Below, in pieces: positions 9,291 through 19,487 of a stretch of DNA of 64,000 bases (position 1 is its first letter; every line of letters begins with the position of its first letter). The DNA lies in NCBI GenBank assembly GCA_003345595.1, contig PRDI01000058.1, positions 1-64,000 of the forward strand, in the 5' to 3' direction. This stretch comes from Candidatus Thorarchaeota archaeon. GTDB lineage: Archaea > Asgardarchaeota > Thorarchaeia > Thorarchaeales > Thorarchaeaceae. The notes beneath the pieces are model-generated. The model worked only from the letters and a program-made list of their open reading frames with translations, was not told where the DNA came from and did no database searches. A program made the translations under genes and the position numbers.

Positions 9291-9899
9291 ATGAGTAGAC
9301 GACAGACGCTAAGTGAGACGCCCGCAGGGAGTTCACCAGACGCAGACCGCTTCGATGGCTACAAGTTCAGAATTGTCCTGCTAGGTGAAGCAGCCGTTGG
9401 CAAGACTTCGTTGCTCCGAAGGTACACTGAGAACTCCTTTGACGAGGAGTACAAGCAGACCTTGGGTACGACCTTCTCCACGAAGGACGTGACCGTATCT
9501 GACAGTTCTGGACAGGCTCGGCAGGTACGACTTGTGATCTGGGACATGGGTGGTCAGCAAACTTACCGAGAGCTCAGAAGACAGTATATGAAGGGTGCTT
9601 CGGGCGCAATCATTGTGTATGATGTGACACGTCCTGGAACTTTCATGGCCATGAATACCTGGTTTGAGTCTTTTCGCGAGGTGGCCACGTCTGCTCCCGT
9701 TATCATATGTGCGAACAAGGTGGACCTAGAAGGGAAGAGATTGGTCCCAGTTGCTCCGGGATACATGCTGCGGGACTGGTTCCAAGCTGAGTACTTCGAA
9801 ACATCAGCCAAGACAGGTTCTTCAGTCAATGATGTCTTCACTCATATGGCCGAGATTGTACTGAACAAGGCCATTGCGGAGCGCACACCGCAAATGTGA
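9291..9899 (+). CDS. Rab-like small GTPase
   Basis: G1 GEAAVGKT, G2 QTLG, G3 WDMGGQ, G4 NKVD, G5 ETSAK; no C-terminal Cys. Confidence 0.93.
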   Translation: MSRRQTLSETPAGSSPDADRFDGYKFRIVLLGEAAVGKTSLLRRYTENSFDEEYKQTLGTTFSTKDVTVSDSSGQARQVRLVIWDMGGQQTYRELRRQYMKGASGAIIVYDVTRPGTFMAMNTWFESFREVATSAPVIICANKVDLEGKRLVPVAPGYMLRDWFQAEYFETSAKTGSSVNDVFTHMAEIVLNKAIAERTPQM

Positions 9900-9937
9900 T
9901 TTCCTCATGCTCATCCACTTAGGACAGAGGCTTCACT

Positions 9938-10342
9938 ATGTTGGTACGCGACTTCATGACATCTCTCATAGTTACTGCTGATGCTACTACGCCTGTCTTG
10001 CAGGCTGCCAAGCTTATGGCCGTTGAAGATGTTGGAAGCCTCATTGTGACAACCGGTGATGTTCTTGTGGGTCTCGTGACTCAGAAGGACATAATCGCTG
10101 CACAGCTCCTGTCTGAGGAACTCTACCATAGTCTGTCCTTGCAGGACATAATGAGTAGTCCGGTTGTGACGGTAAGTCCAGACGCCGATCTCGGTCAGGT
10201 CATCACGCTGATGCACCAGACAGGCAAGAGACACATTCCGGTGATAGATGACGACACTATCATTGGAATAGTGACGTCCACAGATATCCTGCGTGTATTG
10301 GCCACGATGAAGCTGATTGCAGACGGGGCGCCAGAAGTCTAG
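9938..10342 (+). CDS. CBS-pair domain protein
   Basis: VRDFMT...GLVTQKDI and LQDIMSSPVVTV...HIPVID...IGIVTSTDIL. Confidence 0.93.
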   Translation: MLVRDFMTSLIVTADATTPVLQAAKLMAVEDVGSLIVTTGDVLVGLVTQKDIIAAQLLSEELYHSLSLQDIMSSPVVTVSPDADLGQVITLMHQTGKRHIPVIDDDTIIGIVTSTDILRVLATMKLIADGAPEV

Positions 10343-10983
10343 GCCGGTTGGTATCTTGCTATCTCCGCCTTAATCTCCTGTTTCAGTTTCAGAATGTCTT
10401 TGGCTTGCAGCTCGTTGCGCTTTGGATATGTCGCGACCATGCCACTCCAGCGATCAATCTTGACCATGATTGGGTCACTTGGCAGCATCTTCATCACGGA
10501 ACTCTTCGCGTCAGCCAATGCCTCGATGACGTCTCCCGCAAGACATCCCATCTTGAGGGAACCTATGATACCTTGGAGAATCTCTGCGACCTGCATTGCC
10601 TTGTCCGCTGGGACCCTTGCCGCCGGTCCAACAGAGGGCGCGGCGACAACTGACTCACTGACAGACGCAGGTGCCGCAATCTGGATGCCCTGAATCGACT
10701 GAGAAATCTCTTGTCTCAGGGTTTCGATTGCCTCTGTCAAAGAAGCCTCAATTCTCTGAATCTCAGCCTTCAGCACTCTCACTCCTTCGTCGGTTGATCC
10801 GCCAGCAGAGGTCCCGCGAGGCTGCTTGCCAATTGCCTCAAGTATCTCCCCCTTTGCGAGTTTAATCTCGGACTTAATCTCAGTGACGGCTGTCAGAATT
10901 GTGATCATCCTCTCGAGTGTCTTTCCCAATGATGCGATGCTTGACTCAATCTGTGATAGGCGATTTAGAAACTGTTCAGCCAT
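10339..10983 (-). CDS. Hypothetical coiled-coil protein
   Basis: Heptad-rich N-terminal half, Ala/Pro/Ser linker and helical C-terminal domain; SD GGTGA upstream. Confidence 0.75.
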   Translation of the reverse strand: MAEQFLNRLSQIESSIASLGKTLERMITILTAVTEIKSEIKLAKGEILEAIGKQPRGTSAGGSTDEGVRVLKAEIQRIEASLTEAIETLRQEISQSIQGIQIAAPASVSESVVAAPSVGPAARVPADKAMQVAEILQGIIGSLKMGCLAGDVIEALADAKSSVMKMLPSDPIMVKIDRWSGMVATYPKRNELQAKDILKLKQEIKAEIARYQPA

Positions 10984-11064
10984 CTTTGCTCACCACTTGG
11001 TCTAGGACCACCTAGCGACAGCTCAAAGAAAAGCCTTTGTCCGACAGCTTGCGATATACGGCAC

Positions 11065-11074
11065 AGATATATCT
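11065..11074. promoter_or_regulatory. Palindromic TATA-like element between divergent genes
   Basis: AGATATATCT perfect palindrome between the coiled-coil gene and GTPase 2. Confidence 0.35.
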
Positions 11075-11149
11075 TTAGGGTTTTGCTAGAAGCGTTAAAT
11101 GGCATCCGGCACCCTCAGGTGCAACTGCGAACGCAAGGAAGTGACCTGT

Positions 11150-11758
11150 TTGTCCTCTGAGCCCGTTTCCCATATGTTCAAGCTCGTAGCCCTTGGCGAC
11201 GGAGCCGTGGGAAAGACAAGCTGTATCAAGAGATACACAGAGGACAGCTTCAGCGAGAAGTACATTATGACCATTGGGACTACTTTCGCTTTGAAGACCG
11301 TCGAGGTGACAAGTCCAACCGGCTCGAAAGTCACCGCCCGAGTGGTACTCTGGGATCTTGCAGGTCAACCCACATACAATGAATTGCGGCGTAGATACAT
11401 GGCAGGAGCCTCGATGGCAATCATCGTATATGATGTTACACGTCCCCAGACTTTCCTCGATATAGGCGAGTGGTTCACCAAGTTCATCACTGTATGTCCG
11501 AATGCTGTGGTTGCCGTTGTGGCCAACAAGATTGACAGACCTGACAGGTTGGTCCCCCACGAGGCAGGTCAAATGGTTCAGAAATGGCTAGACGTCTTCC
11601 ACTATGAGACCTCTGCCAAGACTGGAGAGAATGTCAACACGCTGTTCACGGATTTGGTACTGCGGGCTATGGAGAAACAGCGTCAGCTTGGACCCATCAG
11701 TACAACAGACGCAAGCGCAGAGGCGATTCGCACGACTCGACCTTCGAAAATAGCCTGA
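11150..11758 (+). CDS. Rab-like small GTPase (paralog 2)
   Basis: GDGAVGKT, MTIG, WDLAGQ, NKID and ETSAK motifs; start uncertain (11099, 11150 or 11174). Confidence 0.93.
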   Translation: MSSEPVSHMFKLVALGDGAVGKTSCIKRYTEDSFSEKYIMTIGTTFALKTVEVTSPTGSKVTARVVLWDLAGQPTYNELRRRYMAGASMAIIVYDVTRPQTFLDIGEWFTKFITVCPNAVVAVVANKIDRPDRLVPHEAGQMVQKWLDVFHYETSAKTGENVNTLFTDLVLRAMEKQRQLGPISTTDASAEAIRTTRPSKIA

Positions 11759-11783
11759 TCACTTATGGCGGGGATGCGATCGT

Positions 11784-12320
11784 ATGGTTGCTCGCAAGCA
11801 AATCGTGAAGGGCGCTATTGGCCACCTTGTTCTCTTCTTCATCAACTTCTGTGTCCTGGTAGGTATCATCGAAAGCATGAATCTGTTTCAGCAAGACCTT
11901 CCTTTCTTGAATGTGCTTCTCCTCATCTATATGGTTGTTCACACGTTCATTCTTCTATCAATACAGCTCGGCATTCAAGTCTTGGAGCTAGTTCGAATAA
12001 GGATGCCCTCATTCCTAATAGCATACTATTTCCAGTTTAGTGATGAAGAGCTCATTCCCCTGAGAATACTTGACCCGACCAAGAGCAAACTCGCGGTTGT
12101 AGTCCTCCTATTGGTCATAACAGGTGGCCCGATTCTCTATCCTGTGTTCGCAGTGTACGGCTTCCTTTTTGCTTACGCACACGTACTGACCATCGCGCTC
12201 GACCCGGGCACTATCTTGTTCTACTTTGGAGTCTTTTTGAACTGGATGCCGCCTGTCATTGGTGTCATCGTAGCGATGGTGATTGTTTCCATCGTCATCA
12301 TAGAGTTCAAACATGTCTAG
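11784..12320 (+). CDS. Hypothetical membrane protein (4-5 TM)
   Basis: Strongly hydrophobic 178-aa ORF directly after GTPase 2. Confidence 0.7.
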   Translation: MVARKQIVKGAIGHLVLFFINFCVLVGIIESMNLFQQDLPFLNVLLLIYMVVHTFILLSIQLGIQVLELVRIRMPSFLIAYYFQFSDEELIPLRILDPTKSKLAVVVLLLVITGGPILYPVFAVYGFLFAYAHVLTIALDPGTILFYFGVFLNWMPPVIGVIVAMVIVSIVIIEFKHV

Positions 12321-12510
12321 GCAGTCCGTTCTATCACTATGCCTGGCTGCCCAAGCTCTCGATGAGACCAGAAGACTCTCTCATCGTCTTGGCCGAATTC
12401 CTCCAGTTTCGTTCACTAGTTCATGAAAAGAAGAAGCGATTCGGGCTCTTGTAGAACACGCCCTTGGACATTGATGTTTATAACGGCCACCGATTTAGGC
12501 ACGATGACTG

Positions 12511-13866
12511 ATGTTGAAGAGAGTTGAAGTCGTTGTTGTCGGTGCGGGCAGCGCGGGATGTGTCACTGCCCACCGATGTGCGGAGATGGGTCTCAAGACC
12601 CTGCTCTTAGATAGGAAACCTCAGCCGCTCGTGGGCCACAAGGTTTGCGGTGATGAGGTGAGCAGATCGCACTTTGATGCAACAGGTATAGAGTACCCGC
12701 AGGGTGAAGAGATTGCGAACATCATAACAGGTGCTGATGTGTACCCTCCTAGCATGGAGCAAGAGCTGAAGGTTCGTGGCTGGACTGAGTTCGACGGCTG
12801 GATGCTAAACAGAATCAGCTTTGGCCAAAGACTACTCAAAGCGGCGGTGAGCGTGGGGGTAAGCTTCCACCCCAACTGTCACGTCAATGGACCGGTAGTC
12901 AAAGATGGAAAGGTCATGGGGGTTGAGTATCGAGAGCCCGATACTGGAGGAATCACAACAGTAGCAGCCAAGCTTGTCGTGGATGCAAGTGGGTTTGCGG
13001 GCGTAATCAGAAGCAAGCTTGACGACCCACTGGTTGAGAAACGCATAGCGAAGACTGACATAGCCCTCTGCTACAGAGAATATCTTCGCCTGAAGATGCC
13101 TCTCGCGGAGCCGAATGTGGCTCGAGTGTTCCTTGGAGCAAGGGTGGCACCCGCAGGGTATGCTTGGGTGTTTCCGAGAGGAGTCAGCGAGGTGAATGCA
13201 GGCATCGGAACGACTGGTGGAGAGAGTCGAGGATCCCCCAAATCGTACTTCTTAAAGCTTAAGGCAGAATACCCTCTCCTTTTTGGGAGTCAGGAGCTGG
13301 AAGGCGGAGGCGGCGCAGTACCGGTCAGGCGGCCGCTGATGAGCTTGGTCGCTGACGGTGTAGCCTTTGTCGGTGATGCTGCTCTCCAGGTGAATCCCAT
13401 TCATGGTGGCGGCATTGGACCTGGCATGCGTGCAGGGATCATTCTGGGTGAAGTTGCTAAGGAGGCAATCGCCAGGGGTGATGTATCTGCTGAGGGTCTC
13501 TGGGACTACAACAGCAGGTTCCTTTCAGACTATGGGCGAAGACTCGCGTCTCTTGAGATATTCCGAAGGCTCTTGCAGGATGTTAGCGACGATGACATGG
13601 ACTTCGGATTTAGTAGGCGTCTTCTGGAAGCAGAGGATCTTATGAGTGCGAACCGGGGCGATGCTTTCTCTCTCGGCATTGCGGGGAAACTGCGTCGTGT
13701 CAAGAGGTCCAGTGGGCGTCTTGGTCTTCTCTTGAAACTACGGAAAGCTGCGGGTCTCATGAAGAAGATGAACAAGACCTACCTCAACTATCCGGCGGGT
13801 TCTGAGGGTTTCGAGAGCTGGGTTCGTTCCGTGAACAACATACTTCAGTCAGCACATTTCGAGTGA
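12511..13866 (+). CDS. Geranylgeranyl reductase family FAD oxidoreductase (DGGGPL reductase-like)
   Basis: VVGAGSAG, KVCGD, VDASG, GYAWVFP and VGDAALQVNPIHGGGI motifs; TATA-like TTTATAA about 30 nt upstream. Confidence 0.9.
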   Translation: MLKRVEVVVVGAGSAGCVTAHRCAEMGLKTLLLDRKPQPLVGHKVCGDEVSRSHFDATGIEYPQGEEIANIITGADVYPPSMEQELKVRGWTEFDGWMLNRISFGQRLLKAAVSVGVSFHPNCHVNGPVVKDGKVMGVEYREPDTGGITTVAAKLVVDASGFAGVIRSKLDDPLVEKRIAKTDIALCYREYLRLKMPLAEPNVARVFLGARVAPAGYAWVFPRGVSEVNAGIGTTGGESRGSPKSYFLKLKAEYPLLFGSQELEGGGGAVPVRRPLMSLVADGVAFVGDAALQVNPIHGGGIGPGMRAGIILGEVAKEAIARGDVSAEGLWDYNSRFLSDYGRRLASLEIFRRLLQDVSDDDMDFGFSRRLLEAEDLMSANRGDAFSLGIAGKLRRVKRSSGRLGLLLKLRKAAGLMKKMNKTYLNYPAGSEGFESWVRSVNNILQSAHFE

Positions 13867-13918
13867 TCAACGGGGTGCTGGGCGAAAACAGGGATCATTT
13901 ACCTCTGCAGCATCAATA

Positions 13919-14983
13919 CTAGACGTCCCTTATTCCATCTTTGACCACTGTGAACACAGCCTCACCCTCGGGTAGACTCGGCGAGTCCACGAGTCGACAT
14001 ATTCTCCGGTCACCCTTTGACTTCCTTATGTAGCAACGAGTCTGGGGTACATGGGCAAGTACGTGTCCACCAACAGGTGCTGTCGGGTCTCCAAAGAAGG
14101 CGTCAGGACGAGACATGACCTGATTCGTGATGTAGACTGCCATGTTGTTTACCTCGGCACCTCTCATCAGATGATGGAGGTGCTTGTTCAGCTTCTGCTG
14201 TCTAGCGGCAAGTGTGCCCCGGCCTGTGTACTCGGCCCTGAAGTGGCTGGTGACAGAATCGACGACCAAGAGCTTTGCACTCTTCTCTTGAGCCATCTCC
14301 ATGGCTTGGTCACACAGGAGTATCTGATGATCGGAGTTGTAGGCACGTGCCCACACGACATTCTTGAGGACATTCGCGGGTTCTAGGCCCACGGCTTCAG
14401 CCATGTCAACCAACCGTTCGGGCCTGAAGGTGCCTTCTGTGTCAACATAGATTGCCGTCCCAGAGAGGCCACCCTTCTCAGACGGCAGCTGAACATTCAC
14501 TGCAAGCTGATGAGCAATCTGAGTCTTGCCGGACCGGAAAGACCCATAGATCTCCGTGATGCTCTGAGTTTCTATGCCACCACCGAGCATTTCGTCCAAA
14601 GCTTTTGAACCGGTCGTGATGCGGCCAGCATTGCGGCGTCGCTCCAAGAGGAGATCAGCAGTTTCGAATCCGATGTCCAGCATCTCTCTTGCAGCTTTGA
14701 TAATCTTGGTCGCAGTGGTTTCTCCTATTGAGCCTGCTGCAGCGAGTTCGGGCGGAGATGCTACGGCGATTGCCTCGACACTCTTGTAGCCAGCCTCAGC
14801 CAAGCGTTTTGCGATAGCAGGACCGACCCCGGGAAGGTCCGTTACGTCCATACCGGATATGACGGTTTCAGATTCGACTGTACCCTCACCGGGTTCTTTC
14901 GGTGCGCCAGCCTCGGCACCTTCGAAATCCTCGTAATCCGCATCTTCTTTTTCGTCGTCATCCTTCTCAGGTGGAATAGTCAA
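13919..14983 (-). CDS. radA: DNA repair and recombination protein RadA
   Basis: N-terminal HhH DLPGVG, GFETA, Walker [26 protein letters not shown] and RQQKL motifs. Confidence 0.97.
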   Translation of the reverse strand: MTIPPEKDDDEKEDADYEDFEGAEAGAPKEPGEGTVESETVISGMDVTDLPGVGPAIAKRLAEAGYKSVEAIAVASPPELAAAGSIGETTATKIIKAAREMLDIGFETADLLLERRRNAGRITTGSKALDEMLGGGIETQSITEIYGSFRSGKTQIAHQLAVNVQLPSEKGGLSGTAIYVDTEGTFRPERLVDMAEAVGLEPANVLKNVVWARAYNSDHQILLCDQAMEMAQEKSAKLLVVDSVTSHFRAEYTGRGTLAARQQKLNKHLHHLMRGAEVNNMAVYITNQVMSRPDAFFGDPTAPVGGHVLAHVPQTRCYIRKSKGDRRICRLVDSPSLPEGEAVFTVVKDGIRDV

Positions 14984-15209
14984 GGCCTCCCTCAGATGTT
15001 AGGTCGACTTCGCTCAGCCTGACAAAGCGTTCAGTTATGATTGTATCGGTTGGGCATGTATAAAAAGAGCACTAGTTCAACGGGCATACTAACCGTTCTC
15101 GAAGTCGTTTTGTCCAATGCGACTTCTTCCGGTTGCATAGTCCTTGCAAGGGATGCACATAACTGACCCCAGTTATTCGGTGACCACGGTGCAAGCGGCC
15201 AGTCCGTTT

Positions 15210-16034
15210 CTATGACAGGTCTTTGATTTTGAACAGAAACGCCGCGATTATCAGCGACCCCGCGACTAGTGCAAGCAGGATGATTCCAGATGCTTCGGGT
15301 GTCCAACCGTCAATCAACCAGCTACCGGGTGTGTAGCTGAAAATGGTTCTTCCGACATTCCTTATGTGTGCTGATAGCGAGTAGGCTTGTCCGCCTATGA
15401 AGCTGAATATGACTCCGAGCAGCTGTTCGTATAGCGCCACAATCACGCCCCAGAAGAGCGGCCTCTTCAATGCGATTCCTAATAGCATGAAGATGGCACA
15501 ATAGACCGCGTTACAGAGACCAATGTATGCCCAAGTGCGCGGAAGCAGGTCCAGAGACATGGACTCCGCACCAAGGCCTGCAACAAGGGCGAACCAGCCA
15601 AAGAGAAATGACGTCGCGATTATGAGCATCAATGTGCCTGCAATGAGAGTGGCGATGTATCTCCAGATCAGGATTTCCACACGAGTGATGGGTCTGCTGA
15701 CAAGCTGCACGATTGTGTGTGACTCTATCTCGTCACTCAAAGCGGCCATTCCCAACAGCAGACCCAGCAAGGGGACGAGGATCGCCCCATACACACTGCC
15801 TATTGTGTCGATATACCGGTTCATAGCCTGACCCGGCGCGCTGGGTGCAATTCCGGTGATGATTATCACAACCACTGGTAAAATGCCAAGCGCAAGCATC
15901 AACTGTCCCTTTCGATCCTTAAAGAAACCAAGGACGAAAAGGGCGAGCAGTGAGAACCCTCTGCCTAAGACAGACTTCAATGTCGTTCCAACTTCTTTGG
16001 CCGAGCTTTCGCTGGATGAAGATTGAGTCGCCAT
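15210..16034 (-). CDS. ABC-2 type exporter permease
   Basis: Six TM segments; DEIESHTIVQLVSRPITRVEIL motif. Confidence 0.88.
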   Translation of the reverse strand: MATQSSSSESSAKEVGTTLKSVLGRGFSLLALFVLGFFKDRKGQLMLALGILPVVVIIITGIAPSAPGQAMNRYIDTIGSVYGAILVPLLGLLLGMAALSDEIESHTIVQLVSRPITRVEILIWRYIATLIAGTLMLIIATSFLFGWFALVAGLGAESMSLDLLPRTWAYIGLCNAVYCAIFMLLGIALKRPLFWGVIVALYEQLLGVIFSFIGGQAYSLSAHIRNVGRTIFSYTPGSWLIDGWTPEASGIILLALVAGSLIIAAFLFKIKDLS

Positions 16035-16044
16035 CTTTGACCAC

Positions 16045-16989
16045 CTACGCTACAAGGAATTCGAAGAGTCGCTCAACGCTCTCCGAAACCGTGTCAACAT
16101 CAACAATAGGCGCACGCTTTTCCACCGAGATGCGGACCAGCTCACGGTAGAACTGCTCAAGCTGTGGTGTGACAACTCGGCACTCCAAAAGACCTGAGCC
16201 CGCTTCAGCAAACGACATCGACCTAACGATTCCATCGAGCTGAACAAGACCACTCGCAACTGACTTGAGGTTGTCTGGCTTCGAGTGGAACACTACTTCG
16301 TGAGGGTATTGGTAAAGAAGGCTTCGAATCTTGTCAGGGTCTCCTTCTGCCACAGCCTGACCGCGGTGTATCAACGTGATCCTGTTGACAAGTTGCTCCA
16401 GTTCCTCCAATATGTGACTCGAAATTAGGACCGTCACTCCCCGATCTCGATTCAGCCTTTTCAGCAGATCCATCATATGCCTGCGTCCAAGTGGGTCGAG
16501 TCCCCCCAGAGGCTCGTCAAGAATCAGCAAGTCAGGGTCGTGCGCAAGAGCTGCCGCAATCTTGGTCCTCTGTTTCATGCCCTTGGATAGCGCAGCAACT
16601 TTTCGGTCTGCAAACTTGGCCATGCCAACATCATTGATTGCCTTATCGACAATTGAGTTGATGTCCTTCGCCCAAGGCAAATTGATGCGTGTCAGTTGCC
16701 TCACAGATGATCTCACTGTAGCCCAAGAGTAGAGGTCATCATGTTCGGAGACGTAGCCCATACGCCTCTTGATGGCGACGTTGTCGTAGGGGTCCTCTCC
16801 GAACACTGTCGCCTTGCCGGTATCTGGGCGAGTGAGGCCAGTGATAATCCGTATGGATGTAGACTTCCCTGCCCCATTGGGTCCAACGAAGCCCGTGAGG
16901 GTTCCCTGCGTCACACCCATGTTGAACCTGCTGAGAGCGATGACCTCACCATACTGCTTGGAAACCTCATTGAGATGAATCGCAGGCAC
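16045..16989 (-). CDS. ABC transporter ATP-binding protein
   Basis: GPNGAGKS, LSKGMKQR, LILDEP and SSHIL motifs. Confidence 0.95.
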   Translation of the reverse strand: MPAIHLNEVSKQYGEVIALSRFNMGVTQGTLTGFVGPNGAGKSTSIRIITGLTRPDTGKATVFGEDPYDNVAIKRRMGYVSEHDDLYSWATVRSSVRQLTRINLPWAKDINSIVDKAINDVGMAKFADRKVAALSKGMKQRTKIAAALAHDPDLLILDEPLGGLDPLGRRHMMDLLKRLNRDRGVTVLISSHILEELEQLVNRITLIHRGQAVAEGDPDKIRSLLYQYPHEVVFHSKPDNLKSVASGLVQLDGIVRSMSFAEAGSGLLECRVVTPQLEQFYRELVRISVEKRAPIVDVDTVSESVERLFEFLVA

Positions 16990-17978
16990 TATGTATCCCT
17001 CCTGAGAAGATTCACGAACAATATCAGAATCCCGATGAGAAAGACCGCTCCGACGACAGCCACAACCATGTAACCTTCGAGCCCTGTTCCATTATAGAAG
17101 TCAACGACGGCACCATTGACCGTGATATTGCTGCGGCCGAGCATCATTGTTCCGAGCATTGCGATGGAACCCATGAAGTCGACGAGGAGTAAGGGCGAGT
17201 CACTCGTGGCAAATGAAACAAACGCGCTGGGCAGGCTTGACATGATGATCGCGAATATGAAGAACACCAAAGTGGCTATTCCTCTCCGTTTCGTCAAGCT
17301 CGAGATCGAGAGCATCAAAAGGCTGACAGCGACTGCTGCCATCGTAGTGAAACCCAGGGCCCAAAACAACAGGTCGGCATTAGCTGCGAAGCTGGTGTTT
17401 AGCCCCATTGTCAGCAACAAGTACTGAAGAGCTGCTGGTGCTGTGATTACAAACGTCGAGAAAATAACAAGACTGAGCAGCTTTCCCGTCAAATACTCAA
17501 AGTGGGAAACCCTAGAGTAGTAGGCCTCTGTTGTTTTGAAAAGCTTGTCATCGGCGACTAGACCTCCACCTATGATCGAAAGGAGTAGGAGCCACATCAA
17601 GCTAGTCCCTACAGAAGTAAAGCTGAAAACGGAGAAACCCGGCATGTAGTTGACACCGATTCGGTTTGTCAGGGAGACCATCCCGAGAACAGATTCAGTG
17701 AACGCTCCACGGAATATGTCATTGGCAGTGATTCCTAGAGACTCTAGGTATCCGAGTGGAAGAAACCTGACTAATACTATTGGCAGGACATCTTGGATAA
17801 TGAGACTTATCACCATCATGAAAAGAAGGAACTTGGTGAAGCCCGACCTCCTGACTGATTCGACAAGGTTGAACCAACCTATAGTGAACACGCGGTACAG
17901 TCTGCCCCTACGTGATCCCGAGAAAGGCCTGAAGCTGAACTTCCTCACATACGTTTCGTGTTCGGATTGGTCACTCAC
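16989..17978 (-). CDS. ABC-2 type exporter permease
   Basis: Multiple TM segments; GGLVADD...YYSRVSHFEYLTGK motif. Confidence 0.85.
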   Translation of the reverse strand: MSDQSEHETYVRKFSFRPFSGSRRGRLYRVFTIGWFNLVESVRRSGFTKFLLFMMVISLIIQDVLPIVLVRFLPLGYLESLGITANDIFRGAFTESVLGMVSLTNRIGVNYMPGFSVFSFTSVGTSLMWLLLLSIIGGGLVADDKLFKTTEAYYSRVSHFEYLTGKLLSLVIFSTFVITAPAALQYLLLTMGLNTSFAANADLLFWALGFTTMAAVAVSLLMLSISSLTKRRGIATLVFFIFAIIMSSLPSAFVSFATSDSPLLLVDFMGSIAMLGTMMLGRSNITVNGAVVDFYNGTGLEGYMVVAVVGAVFLIGILILFVNLLRRDT

Positions 17979-18904
17979 TCCATATCACTCCTCCCTTCAA
18001 CAAGTGCCATGAATGCATCCTCAAGACTACGAGTCCTGCGTCCAAGGTAGCGTAGGATCAGACTTGGCTCCTTGTTTATCTCCTCAAGGATGATCATCTC
18101 GACGTCGTCCGTTCTTTGGACGTCCAAATTGGATCCATCGAGTTGGCCCTCAAGTCCCCTGGACCTGAGCCTGTCTAGCAGCTTCTGGGGATCACCTGAC
18201 ACCTTGACCCTCACCATGCCCGAGGTGTCAGTGAGCATCTGTGACACCTCTCCATTCGCGATTACTTTCCCCTGACCCAGGACGACAACCCAGTCGCAAA
18301 CGCGCTCTACGTCGAACAGCAAGTGCGATGATAGTAGGATGCTTTTGCCTTCCTCTTGGTAGAGTCTCTTGATGAGTTCAAGCATCTGGTGCCGTCCGTT
18401 GGGGTCTAATCCATCTGTCGGCTCGTCAAGTATCACGAGTTCGGGGTCGTGAATGAGGGCTGCCGCGAGCTTGCACTTCTGCATCATTCCTGTGCTGAAC
18501 TCTCTGAGGCGTCTATACCGCTCCTCAGCAAGGCCTACATAGTGCAGAGTGTCATGCGCCCTCTGAGCCGCTTCAACTGGATCCAGACCGGAGAGCCTTC
18601 CCATGAAGGTCACATACTTCTGTGCACTGACATCAGGCATTGTGGGAGAGAACTCCGGTGAGTAACCAATGTGGTCGCGGATTTCCCGGATAGACTCTGG
18701 CATCTTTCGACCTAGCACAGTCGCGGACCCAGAGGAGTATCGGATGATCCCCATCAGAATCCGGATGAGAGTAGTCTTGCCTGCGCCATTCGGACCCAGG
18801 AGACCAACGGCCCTCTTGGGTGCCCCTACTGTTACACCATCCAGAGCCAGTGTCTTCCCATACAGCTTCGACAGAGCGTTTGTGCTGAAAGCGTCAGAAC
18901 TCAC
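17975..18904 (-). CDS. ABC transporter ATP-binding protein
   Basis: GPNGAGKT, FSTGMMQK, ILDEPT and SSHLL motifs. Confidence 0.95.
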   Translation of the reverse strand: MSSDAFSTNALSKLYGKTLALDGVTVGAPKRAVGLLGPNGAGKTTLIRILMGIIRYSSGSATVLGRKMPESIREIRDHIGYSPEFSPTMPDVSAQKYVTFMGRLSGLDPVEAAQRAHDTLHYVGLAEERYRRLREFSTGMMQKCKLAAALIHDPELVILDEPTDGLDPNGRHQMLELIKRLYQEEGKSILLSSHLLFDVERVCDWVVVLGQGKVIANGEVSQMLTDTSGMVRVKVSGDPQKLLDRLRSRGLEGQLDGSNLDVQRTDDVEMIILEEINKEPSLILRYLGRRTRSLEDAFMALVEGRSDME

Positions 18905-18981
18905 ATCTCAACCCAACGCGACAGATTGGGTTCTGCTATATTAGTCTGTGTGTCGCTGAAATGCTCATGCGTACGAGAAGC

Positions 18982-19299
18982 TTAGCTATGCGTCATTGTG
19001 ACTAGGATGAACTCGTCCTGAGGCGCAATACGTATTCCCCCCATGGACGTCTGGACTTGGATAAACAGGAGGTCGCCTCCCCTCAGCATCTGGCCCATTA
19101 CCTCTTTAGTCTTGCCAATCAATGCTCCGAGAAGGGCAGAAACCTCTTCGCATCTCTCCGGGCTGAGTCCCCAGCTGTTTATGGTGAAACCTTCAGGGCT
19201 GATGAACAAAGCGGCATAAACATCAGGGAACTTGCTCGTGATGTTCTGGATAATCCTCTCGAAGATCTCGCGCTTTGGCATTGCGGGCATAGTGTGCAC
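18982..19299 (-). CDS. Roadblock/LC7 (MglB-like) domain protein
   Basis: About 100 aa; DVYAALFISPEGFTI...VSALLGAL...FIQVQTSMGGIRIAP...FILVTM fits the roadblock pattern. Confidence 0.88.
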   Translation of the reverse strand: MHTMPAMPKREIFERIIQNITSKFPDVYAALFISPEGFTINSWGLSPERCEEVSALLGALIGKTKEVMGQMLRGGDLLFIQVQTSMGGIRIAPQDEFILVTMTHS

Positions 19300-19487
19300 A
19301 TCCGTGAGAGGTCAGTAGACTCCTCTTATCGCAGACTTGCGCATGTACAATATAACCATTGTGCGAATGTGGGGCGAGCCTTCAGTTCTAGGAAGCACTC
19401 TTGGTCAAAAGCAAGTACTTGCTCCTTAGGGCACCGATTGAGGGACAAAGGATAAAGCGCACCTTCTTACGGCACGAGGTAAGGTCG

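Noticed and set aside
9291-11758. Calling the GTPases true Rab orthologs
   Set aside because: They have no C-terminal prenylation Cys and only partial RabF motifs, so they are kept as Rab-like.
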